A stretch of DNA of 64,000 nt from an uncultured Acidobacteriota bacterium (GTDB lineage: Bacteria > Acidobacteriota > Thermoanaerobaculia > UBA5066 > Gp7-AA6). The notes beneath the pieces are model-generated. The model was given only the letters and a program-made list of their open reading frames with translations, searched no databases and was not told where the DNA came from. The stretch lies in contig CAWGOM010000002.1 in the NCBI GenBank assembly GCA_963824165.1, positions 744,286 through 808,285 on the forward strand. The letters are read 5' to 3'. Positions within the stretch are counted from its first letter, which is position 1; the number at the start of each line of letters is the position of its first letter. Below, piece after piece: positions 34,195-42,181 of this stretch. The translations under genes were made by a program, and so were the position numbers.

Positions 34195-34971
34195 ATGAAT
34201 CCCGAACGCATGACGGGACGCCTCCAGGGCAAGGTCGCGCTGGTGACCGGCGCCTCGCGCGGCATCGGTGCCGCGATCGCCCGCCGCTTCGCCGAAGAAG
34301 GGGCGCGGGTCGTGCTGGCGGCGCGGGACCACGGCGCCATCGGCCGCCACGCCGCCGCGCTTTCCGCCGCCGGCGCGGAAGCGATGGCGGTCCCGTGCGA
34401 CGTCACCGACGCGGAATCGATCCGGCAGGCCGTCGCGGCCGGCCCGGGCCGGTGGGGGAAGCTCGACATCCTCGTCAACAACGCGGGCCTCGGCGGCTTC
34501 ACGCCGCTCGAGGACGCCGGCGACGAGCTGTGGGACGCGATGGTCGCGACCAACCTCACCGCGGTCTTCCGCGTCACGCGCGCCGCGGCGCCGCATCTCT
34601 CGAAGGGCGGCCGCGTGATCAACCTGTCCTCCGTGCTGGGGCGCTTCGGCGTTCCCGGGTACTCGGCCTACTGCGCCTCCAAGCACGGCGTGATCGGCCT
34701 GACCCGGGCGCTCGCCCTGGAGCTCGCTCCCCGGGACATCACGGTCAACGCCATCTGCCCGGGCTGGGTCGAGACGGAGATGGCGCGGCAGGGCTTCGAG
34801 CGCTTCGGCTCGGTCGAGGCGGGGCGGGCCGCGGCCGCCGCGATGGCCCCGCTCAAGCGGGTGCTCGAGCCCGAGGAGATCGCGGGCCTCGCCGCCTACC
34901 TGGCCTCGGACGACGCCCGGTCGGTCACCGGACAGGCGATCGTGGCCGACGGCGGGCAGGTGATGCCCTAG
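34195..34971 (+). CDS. Classical SDR oxidoreductase
   Basis: TGASRGIG, NNAG, YCASK, PGWVET. Confidence 0.93.
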   Translation: MNPERMTGRLQGKVALVTGASRGIGAAIARRFAEEGARVVLAARDHGAIGRHAAALSAAGAEAMAVPCDVTDAESIRQAVAAGPGRWGKLDILVNNAGLGGFTPLEDAGDELWDAMVATNLTAVFRVTRAAAPHLSKGGRVINLSSVLGRFGVPGYSAYCASKHGVIGLTRALALELAPRDITVNAICPGWVETEMARQGFERFGSVEAGRAAAAAMAPLKRVLEPEEIAGLAAYLASDDARSVTGQAIVADGGQVMP

Positions 34972-35025
34972 GGCGTTTTGGGGTTAGACTTTCGCCCTCG
35001 TCGTCACCGACGTGGGAGGTTTTGA

Positions 35026-35706
35026 ATGACGCGCGAAGAATTCCTCACCGCCCTGGATGCCCTGATCGCCGAGAAGCATCTGCTCAAGCACCCCTTCTAC
35101 CAGCTCTGGTCGCAGGGCCGCCTCACCCGCGAGAACCTGCGCGAGTACGCGATCTCCTACTACCCGCACGTCGCGGCGTTCCCGACCTACGTGTCGGGCG
35201 TGCACGCCGGCTGCGAGGACGCGGCCCTGCGGCAGGACCTCCTCGAGAACCTCATCGAGGAAGAGCGCGGCACCGACAATCATCCGGCGCTGTGGCGCAA
35301 GTTCGCCGCGGCGCTCGGCGCCGCCGAGTCCGACCTGGCCTCCTCGCCCCGCACGGCCGAAGTGGCCGGGACGATCGCCGAGTTCCGCCGCGCGACGCGC
35401 GAGGGCTCGACGGCCGAGGGCCTCGCGGCGCTCTACGCCTACGAGTCGCAGATTCCCGAGGTCTCGAAGACCAAGCGCGAGGGCCTGAAGGCGTTTTACG
35501 GCATCGAAGAGGGCGACGCGACGAAGTTCTTCTCCGTGCACGAGGAGGCCGACGTGTGGCACCGCCAGGTCGAGCGCGAGGCGCTCGGCCGCGTGGCCGA
35601 CACGCCCGAGGCGCGCGAGAAGGCGCTCGCGGCGGCCCGCCGCTGCTGCGACGCCCTGAACCGGGCGCTCGACGGCGTGATGCGGGAGAACGCGCTCGTC
35701 TGCTGA
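35026..35706 (+). CDS. CADD/CT610-like heme-oxygenase-like dimetal oxidase (PqqC/TenA superfamily)
   Basis: HLLKHPFY, YYPHV.AFP.Y, EE.G..NH..LW, YAYESQIP, HEEAD.WH. Confidence 0.88.
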   Translation: MTREEFLTALDALIAEKHLLKHPFYQLWSQGRLTRENLREYAISYYPHVAAFPTYVSGVHAGCEDAALRQDLLENLIEEERGTDNHPALWRKFAAALGAAESDLASSPRTAEVAGTIAEFRRATREGSTAEGLAALYAYESQIPEVSKTKREGLKAFYGIEEGDATKFFSVHEEADVWHRQVEREALGRVADTPEAREKALAAARRCCDALNRALDGVMRENALVC

Positions 35707-36395
35707 TCCGCGCGGTCTGCTTCGACGCCGGCGCGACCCTTCTCCGCCCGGATCCTCCCGTCGAGGAGGTCTACGCCCGCGTGTTCGGCGAGGACGGAGC
35801 GCGTTTCGCGCCGGAGCAGCTGCGGGAAGCCCTCGGGCAGACGTGGGCCGACGTGCAGGCGCGTTCGGCGGGCGACCGGTACGGAGGCGTCTCGGGTGAG
35901 GCGGAATTCTGGCGGGGGTTCCTGACCGAGATCCGTTCCCGGCTGGACGGGGGAGGGGTCTCCCCCGAGGCCTTCGCGCGGCTGGCCGAGCACTTTCGCA
36001 ATCCGGGGTCCTGGGCGATCTACGGCGACGTCCTGCCCACGCTCGAGGACCTGCGGGAGCGCGGGCTCGCGCTCGCCGTGATCTCGAACTGGGACTCCCA
36101 CCTGCCGCGGCTGCTCGAGGCCCTGGGCCTCGCGTCCTTCTTCCGCGTCCTCTCCGTCTCGGCGATCGAGGCGACCGGGAAGCCCGACGCCGAGATCTTC
36201 CACCGGACCTGCGCGCGGCTCGGAGTCGCGCCGGCCGAGGCGCTCCACGTGGGCGACTCGCTGCGCGACGACTACGAGGGGGCGCGCGAGGCGGGCCTCG
36301 CGGCGCTGCTACTCGATCGCGAGGGGCGCCACCCGCAGGTGCCCGATCGGATCGAGGGCCTGGTGGAGATCTGCGGCCGCGTCCGGTCGCCGTGA
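35703..36395 (+). CDS. HAD-superfamily hydrolase (REG-2-like), probable CTG start
   Basis: AVCFDAGATL, ISNWD, KPD.EIF, HVGDS...DY.GA; CTGA overlap with the upstream stop. Confidence 0.88.
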   Translation: MIRAVCFDAGATLLRPDPPVEEVYARVFGEDGARFAPEQLREALGQTWADVQARSAGDRYGGVSGEAEFWRGFLTEIRSRLDGGGVSPEAFARLAEHFRNPGSWAIYGDVLPTLEDLRERGLALAVISNWDSHLPRLLEALGLASFFRVLSVSAIEATGKPDAEIFHRTCARLGVAPAEALHVGDSLRDDYEGAREAGLAALLLDREGRHPQVPDRIEGLVEICGRVRSP

Positions 36396-38437
36396 GCGCG
36401 CCCCGGGATCGGTCCTCCCTTTGGGCGGCCGCGGGCTTTGCCGTCCTCGTCGTCGTCGCCTTCTTCCCGGTGGCCGCGGGCTTCCGGACCTTCTTCCACC
36501 TCGATCTCTTTTACGAACACCTTCCAGTCTGGGAGGTGACGCAGAAGGCGCTCGCTGCCGGCGACTCGCCGTACTGGATCGACGGCGAGTACTGCGGCCA
36601 GCCCCTCCTGTTTCACCAGGAAGCGCCGCTCTTTTATCCCCTCATGGTCCCGCTGCTCGCGACGGGTGCGTCCGTGTCGCGATTGGCCGACCTGTTCACG
36701 CTGCTGCACCTGTGGCTCGCCGGTTTCGCGGCGTTCCTGCTTCTGCGCGACCTGACGCGCGACTCCGGCGCGGCGTTTTTCGGCGGCACGGCGTGGATGC
36801 TCTCCGCGCGGCTGGTGCAGAGCGTTCTGTGGCCCAATGCCGTTGCCGTCTCCGCGCTGCTTCCCTTGATGCTCTGGGCCATCCTGAGGATCGGCGCGGG
36901 ACGGCGGCGCTCCGGTGTCCTGGGCCTCGCCGTGTTCGGAGGCCTGGCGATTCTCGCGGCGCGTCCGCACGTGCTCCTCGCCGCGGCGCCCCTCGTGGCC
37001 GCCGTGACCGCGGCGGCGATCGCCCGGGCGCCTCGGCGGGGACAAGCCCTCCGCGACCTGGCGCTGGGAGGCCTCCTCGCGCTCGCCCTGGGTGCACCAT
37101 CGCTTGCGCCCTCGGTCGCGCTGTATCCCGAGATGTCGCGTTCGGGCGGCCTCTCCCGCGAGGAGAGGGACGTTCTCCCCGTTTCGATGGGCCGAGATCT
37201 CGCTCCCGTGTTTCTGCCGGTGGACGGGGCGCGGCGGTGGCCCGAGAGCGCGGCCTATGCGGGGGTTGTCGCCTCCGGTTTGTTCGTCGCGGGCTTCGTC
37301 CTCGCCGCGCGGCGGCGACCCTTTCCCCGGGCGATTTTTCTGGCCCTGGCCGCCGGCGGCCTCGTCGGGCTCGTGTTCGCGTTCGGCGAGCGAGGCCCCT
37401 ACGGACTGATCGCGGAGCTCCCGATCATCAGCGGATTTCGCGTTCCCGCCCGGTACCTGGCCTCCTGGTCTCTGGCCGTCGCGCTGGGCTCCGGGCTCGC
37501 CCTGTCGAGTCTGGTGGCGGGTCGGAGGCACCGCCACGCCCTGACGGCGCTGGCGATCGCCGTCCTCGCCGCCGACCTCATCTGGCACGCGCGGCGTGCC
37601 GCGCCGACCGCGCCGGCCGAGGTCTACGCCATCCGCCCGCTTCTGGTCGAGGAGCTGCGGCGCCGGCTCCCGCCGGACGCGTCGGGGTTTCCCCGCCGCT
37701 ATGTGTCGGCGGCCGACACGATCTATCCCAACCTCTACTCGGACGACAACCTTCGCGTGATCTTGCGGCACTTCGAACCCCTCAAGCTCGCGCTCGGAAT
37801 GCGTTTCGGGCTCGAGGCCGTCAACGGGTACGGGCCGATGCTCAAGCGAACGTACGAGACGCTCGCTTCCGGCACGGCGCGTCCACTCAGTCTCGCCGGC
37901 ACGGCCGCGGTCGTCGTGAGCGGACCCCGCCCCGCCGGTGCGCCACCCACCGAGGCGCGGCCGCTCCTCGTCGAGGACTTCCCGGGACTGCCTCGCGCCA
38001 TCCTCGTGCCCGAGGCTCTCGTCGTCCCCGCCGAAAAGGCGGTGGAATTGGCGCTGTCGGCAGCGATCGATCCGCGCCGGACGGCGGTCCTCGAGGTAGG
38101 CGAGCCGATGGCCGCCGATCCGCGGTGGCGCGAGGACGCCGGGTCCGTGCGCGCTCTCGAGTATCGGCCGGGCCGGATCGCGCTCGAGGCGCGCCTGCCT
38201 GCCCCGGGAACGCTCGTCGTCTTCAACGCCTTCGAAGCGGGCTGGCGAGCCCGCGTCGACGGCCGGCCGGCGCCGCTGACGCGCGCCGACGGCGCATTCC
38301 AGGCCGTTCGCCTGCCGCAGGGAGACCATCGGGTCGAGCTCGATTACCGGCCGCGTGGTCTCGTCGAGGGGCTCCTCCTCGGCGCCGCGGGGGTGCTCGG
38401 CACGCTGCTGGCCGCGATGCGCCTTTCCTCCGTCTGA
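36392..38437 (+). CDS. YfhO-like polytopic membrane protein (GT-C fold)
   Basis: DL..EH.P, P.W...YCG.PL...Q...FYP, FRVPARY, C-terminal GW.A.VDG..A...RA.G.FQAV..P.G.HRV...Y.P. Confidence 0.78.
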   Translation: MSAPRDRSSLWAAAGFAVLVVVAFFPVAAGFRTFFHLDLFYEHLPVWEVTQKALAAGDSPYWIDGEYCGQPLLFHQEAPLFYPLMVPLLATGASVSRLADLFTLLHLWLAGFAAFLLLRDLTRDSGAAFFGGTAWMLSARLVQSVLWPNAVAVSALLPLMLWAILRIGAGRRRSGVLGLAVFGGLAILAARPHVLLAAAPLVAAVTAAAIARAPRRGQALRDLALGGLLALALGAPSLAPSVALYPEMSRSGGLSREERDVLPVSMGRDLAPVFLPVDGARRWPESAAYAGVVASGLFVAGFVLAARRRPFPRAIFLALAAGGLVGLVFAFGERGPYGLIAELPIISGFRVPARYLASWSLAVALGSGLALSSLVAGRRHRHALTALAIAVLAADLIWHARRAAPTAPAEVYAIRPLLVEELRRRLPPDASGFPRRYVSAADTIYPNLYSDDNLRVILRHFEPLKLALGMRFGLEAVNGYGPMLKRTYETLASGTARPLSLAGTAAVVVSGPRPAGAPPTEARPLLVEDFPGLPRAILVPEALVVPAEKAVELALSAAIDPRRTAVLEVGEPMAADPRWREDAGSVRALEYRPGRIALEARLPAPGTLVVFNAFEAGWRARVDGRPAPLTRADGAFQAVRLPQGDHRVELDYRPRGLVEGLLLGAAGVLGTLLAAMRLSSV

Positions 38438-38457
38438 TATCCTGCCGCCACTTTCGC

Positions 38458-39978
38458 ATGAGCAGCCAGCTCTTCCGGACCAAGACCCTCGACTCGATCC
38501 TCGCCGACGCGGAGGCGCCCGCCCACCAGTTGAAGCGCACGCTCGGCCCGATCCAGCTGATCGCGCTCGGCATCGGGGCGATCATCGGAGCCGGGATCTT
38601 CGCCGGGATCGGGACGGCGGCGGCCGGCGGCGCCCACCACGCCGGGGCGGGCCCGGCACTCGTCATCTCGATCCTCATCACCGCGATCGGATGCGGCTTC
38701 TGCGCGCTCTGCTACGCGGAGTTCGCGTCGCTGGTGCCGATCTCGGGCAGCGCCTACACGTACTCGTACGCGACGCTCGGCGAGTTCATCGCCTGGATCA
38801 TCGGCTGGGACCTCATCATCGAGTACGCGATGGGCAACGTCGCCGTCGCCGTGTCCTGGTCCGGCTATTTCGTGGAGCTGCTCCGGGGATTCGGAATCGA
38901 GATCCCGGCCTGGCTGCGGACCGACCTCGTCACGGCCGCGCGCACCGAGGGGTTCTTCGACGCGGCCCCGCACGTCCTCGGAATCCCGATCGTGTTCAAC
39001 CTCCCGGCGGTCGTCATCACGGCGCTCGTGACGTGGGTCCTCGTGATCGGCATCAAGGAGTCGTCGCGTTTCAACACGGGCATGGTCGTCCTGAAGCTCG
39101 CGATCCTCCTGTTCTTCATCCTCGTCGGGGCCTTTTACGTGAAGCCCGGGAACTGGCAGCCCTTCGCCCCGAACGGGTGGGCGGGGATCGGCACCGGCGC
39201 CGCCCTGATCTTCTTCGCGTACATCGGCTTCGACGCCGTTTCGACCGCGGCCGAGGAATGCAAAAATCCGCAGAAGGACATGCCGATCGGCATGATCGGC
39301 TCGCTCGCCATCTGCACCGTGCTCTACGTTGCCACCTCCCTGGTGCTGACCGGCATGATTCCGCTGGCGGACATCCGGGGCTCCGCCGAGCCCCTGGCCA
39401 AGGCCTTCTCACTGCTCGGGATGAACTGGGCGGCCGGAATCGTGGCCTTCGGGGCGGTCGTCGCGACGACCGCGGTCCTCCTCGTCTTTCAGTACGGCCA
39501 GGCGCGCATCTTCTTCTCGATGGCGCGCGACGGGCTGCTTCCGCCCGCGTTTGCAAAGGTCCACCCGAAGTTCCGCACACCCCACGTGACGACCATCTGG
39601 ATCGGCGTCGCGGTCGGGGTCCTCTCCGCCTTCGCCAACCTCGACGTGTTCATCGAGCTGACGAACATCGGAACGCTCTTCGCCTTCATCCTCGTGTGCG
39701 CGGGCATCCTGGTCCTGCGTCACAAGGACCCGCACCGCAAGCGCGCGTTCCGCACGCCGTTCGTGCCCTTCGTCCCGCTCGCGGGCATCGCGATCTGTCT
39801 CTACCTGATCGTGGGGTTCCCGTGGTTCCGCTCGACCCCCGAGGGACTCGTCTTCGTTCGATACGGGGGGCTTCCGGCCGACACCTGGATGAGGTTCGGC
39901 ATCTGGCTCGCGATCGGTCTCGTCATCTACTTCCTCTACGGCTACCGCCGCTCCCGCCTGGCGAAAACCGCCGCGTAG
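38458..39978 (+). CDS. APC-superfamily amino-acid permease
   Basis: GAIIGAGIF, GSAYTY, FFAYIGFD, EE.KNP, MARDGLLP. Confidence 0.95.
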   Translation: MSSQLFRTKTLDSILADAEAPAHQLKRTLGPIQLIALGIGAIIGAGIFAGIGTAAAGGAHHAGAGPALVISILITAIGCGFCALCYAEFASLVPISGSAYTYSYATLGEFIAWIIGWDLIIEYAMGNVAVAVSWSGYFVELLRGFGIEIPAWLRTDLVTAARTEGFFDAAPHVLGIPIVFNLPAVVITALVTWVLVIGIKESSRFNTGMVVLKLAILLFFILVGAFYVKPGNWQPFAPNGWAGIGTGAALIFFAYIGFDAVSTAAEECKNPQKDMPIGMIGSLAICTVLYVATSLVLTGMIPLADIRGSAEPLAKAFSLLGMNWAAGIVAFGAVVATTAVLLVFQYGQARIFFSMARDGLLPPAFAKVHPKFRTPHVTTIWIGVAVGVLSAFANLDVFIELTNIGTLFAFILVCAGILVLRHKDPHRKRAFRTPFVPFVPLAGIAICLYLIVGFPWFRSTPEGLVFVRYGGLPADTWMRFGIWLAIGLVIYFLYGYRRSRLAKTAA

Positions 39979-40063
39979 ACGCCTCGGCCTGCTACACTCC
40001 CTAGAGTCCGCGCCGGAGCGTCCGGCACGGCATGGCTTTGGCGTTTCGCAGATGGAGGTGGGA

Positions 40064-40594
40064 ATGAGATTCGGCAGGCTGGCTTCGGCTTTGGCTCTGG
40101 CGGGGGTTTTCGCGGCGCCGCTCGCGGGCGAGGTGGCGACCAAGAAGTTCGAGTGGGCGCCCATCAACGGCGTCCAGGAAATCAACATCCAGGCCGGCGA
40201 GATCGTGATCGGCCAGGTGGTCTTCAACGTCGGAAGCACGCTCAAGGGGACGCCGCTGCGGAAGTCGAGCGCGGACGTGCGCGTCCGGATCGACAACAAC
40301 GGTCTGACGGATCAGCAGGTCGGGGTCGCCGTCGTCGTCTTCGATGCGGAGGGCAACGTCGTCGCCGCCGGCTCCAACGGCACCAAGTGGGGCTATCTGA
40401 CCAAGGGCGACCGCACGTATTACGCGATCGACTTCCCCTACGTCTACCGGCGACTCGACCAGGCCGCGAGCTTCCTGGTGACGATCGAGACGCAGGGCAA
40501 GTCGTCCAAGCCCTCCAAGAGCTCCACCAAGACCTCGTCTTCTTCCTCGACCGTCGAGTCCGAGCCGCTGGCGTCGCCGACCCCGGTTCCCTGA
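40064..40594 (+). CDS. Secreted beta-sandwich protein (FxLYD-like) with Ser/Thr/Pro-rich tail
   Basis: Signal peptide; VRIDNNG...VGVAVVVFDAEGNVVAAG; ends SPTPVP. Confidence 0.7.
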   Translation: MRFGRLASALALAGVFAAPLAGEVATKKFEWAPINGVQEINIQAGEIVIGQVVFNVGSTLKGTPLRKSSADVRVRIDNNGLTDQQVGVAVVVFDAEGNVVAAGSNGTKWGYLTKGDRTYYAIDFPYVYRRLDQAASFLVTIETQGKSSKPSKSSTKTSSSSSTVESEPLASPTPVP

Positions 40595-40625
40595 CGCGCG
40601 GCGTTCCCCGAGAGTGATCGAAACG

Positions 40626-40646
40626 GCGGGCCTTCGGGCCCGCTTT
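40626..40646 (+). terminator. Hairpin or weak terminator between the paralogs
   Basis: GCGGGCC-TTCG-GGCCCGC-TTT. Confidence 0.55.
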
Positions 40647-40675
40647 GATATGGTGCCGGCACGGAGGAACGCGCC

Positions 40676-41164
40676 ATGCGCCGAGGTTTTCTCTTCGCCG
40701 CCGCGGCCCTTCTCGCGGCGCCGCTCGCGGCCCAGCAGCCGACGAAGACGCCCCCGGCGGCCCGGCAACTGACGAAGACCTTCGACTACAAGCCCGTCAA
40801 AAGCATCCAGGACATCCGTCTCTCCCTCGACAACGTCAAGATCAACCAGATCGTCTTCCACGGCGGCAAGGAGGCGGGGGCCGGCGTGCGCCGCTCGACG
40901 AGCGAGGCCGTGGTGCGCATCGACAACGACGGGCCGACGCCGGTCGCCGTGGGCGTCGCCGTGGCCGTGATGGACGAGGACGGCAACCTCGTGGCGGCGG
41001 GCTCGGGCGGCACCCGCGTCGGCTGGCTTCTGGCCGGGGAACGGGACGCCGCGGCGATCAAGTTTCCGTTCGTGTATCGCAACATCGCGAACGCCAGGAC
41101 CTTCACGATCACGATGGAGGTCGAGCCGAAACCCGGGACCGCGACGCCGACGCCGGTGCCCTGA
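40676..41164 (+). CDS. Secreted paralog of 40064..40594
   Basis: Signal peptide; VRIDNDG...VGVAVAVMDEDGNLVAAG; ends TPTPVP. Confidence 0.72.
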   Translation: MRRGFLFAAAALLAAPLAAQQPTKTPPAARQLTKTFDYKPVKSIQDIRLSLDNVKINQIVFHGGKEAGAGVRRSTSEAVVRIDNDGPTPVAVGVAVAVMDEDGNLVAAGSGGTRVGWLLAGERDAAAIKFPFVYRNIANARTFTITMEVEPKPGTATPTPVP

Positions 41165-41167
41165 CGC

Positions 41168-42181
41168 CTACGGAGCGAACCCCGGGACGTCCCGTCCCGC
41201 GTAGCCCGTCATCTCGACGTAGGCGCGCCCGGCGATCGGGCGGCCGTCCCGGGTGCCCTCGATCCGGCACGCGCCCTCCCAGTACGTGACCTGCGTCGAC
41301 TGCGCCGTGACGAGCTCCTGGTCGGAGAGCAGCGGCGAAATCGTCACGTCGAGACCGAGCGGCACCACCGCGAGCGACCAGACCGCGGGGTAGACGCCCT
41401 TCGACCGGGGCGAGGCCCAGATCGTCTTCGGCGCGAGACGCACGTCCTTCCAGGCGATCGGCCGGGGCGGCCCGGAGGCGGGAATGAACGTGCCGGCGGA
41501 GAACGGCGACGCGGCGCCCCCGGAGAGGCGCATCCGGTAGAGCATCAACTCCGATCCGTCCGAGAGCTGCAGCGCGAACCAGTCCCACCCGGCGACTCCC
41601 GCCGGTAATCCCCCCGGGCCCCACTCGTGGTCGAACCACGCCGTGCCCGCGAGCTTTTCCGAGCGGCCCTTGCGGTCGAGCGTGCCGGTGACCGCGAGAC
41701 GCGGGATCGAGACGTAGTGCGAGTACTCGTTCGGGCCGGGCCCCTTGCGGGAGATACCGGCCTCGCCGTGGAGCACCGGCGGCTTCGCCGGCGCGAGCGT
41801 CAGCGTCAGAAGGCCCTCGGCCGTGCGCGCCGAGAGCTTCTGCGCGCCGCGCTCTTCGCGCGCCGACCAGTCTTCGTTGAAGACCTCGAGGCGCTCCGCC
41901 GAGGCGCCGGCGATCCCCGGCAGCGCCAGGTGCACCTTCTCCTCGAAGGCGAACGTTTTCGAGGCGACGTCCGTCCAGGCGAAGTGGGCCAGGTGCACGT
42001 CGCGCAGCCGGAAGAACGTGAGCTGGAACCCGTACGCGCGGCCGCCATCGCCCGCGAGGTGCCCGGTCCAGTACCACCACTCGAGCGCCGCGTCGGGGTG
42101 CGAGCCGTGGTCGCGCGGGAAGGCGACGGGCGGGGCGGCCGTCGACGCGAAGATCAGGAGTCCCGCGAAGAGGCGCGCCAT
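41168..42181 (-). CDS. Secreted AttH/CrtC-like lipocalin-fold protein
   Basis: FPRDHG.HP...EWWYWTG, GFQLTFFR, WFDHEW, GWDWFALQL, YWEG, YVEMTGY. Confidence 0.88.
   Translation of the reverse strand: MARLFAGLLIFASTAAPPVAFPRDHGSHPDAALEWWYWTGHLAGDGGRAYGFQLTFFRLRDVHLAHFAWTDVASKTFAFEEKVHLALPGIAGASAERLEVFNEDWSAREERGAQKLSARTAEGLLTLTLAPAKPPVLHGEAGISRKGPGPNEYSHYVSIPRLAVTGTLDRKGRSEKLAGTAWFDHEWGPGGLPAGVAGWDWFALQLSDGSELMLYRMRLSGGAASPFSAGTFIPASGPPRPIAWKDVRLAPKTIWASPRSKGVYPAVWSLAVVPLGLDVTISPLLSDQELVTAQSTQVTYWEGACRIEGTRDGRPIAGRAYVEMTGYAGRDVPGFAP

Noticed and set aside
40020-40052. Possible sigma54 promoter upstream of the secreted paralog
   Set aside because: No TGGCAC-N5-TTGC match with correct spacing
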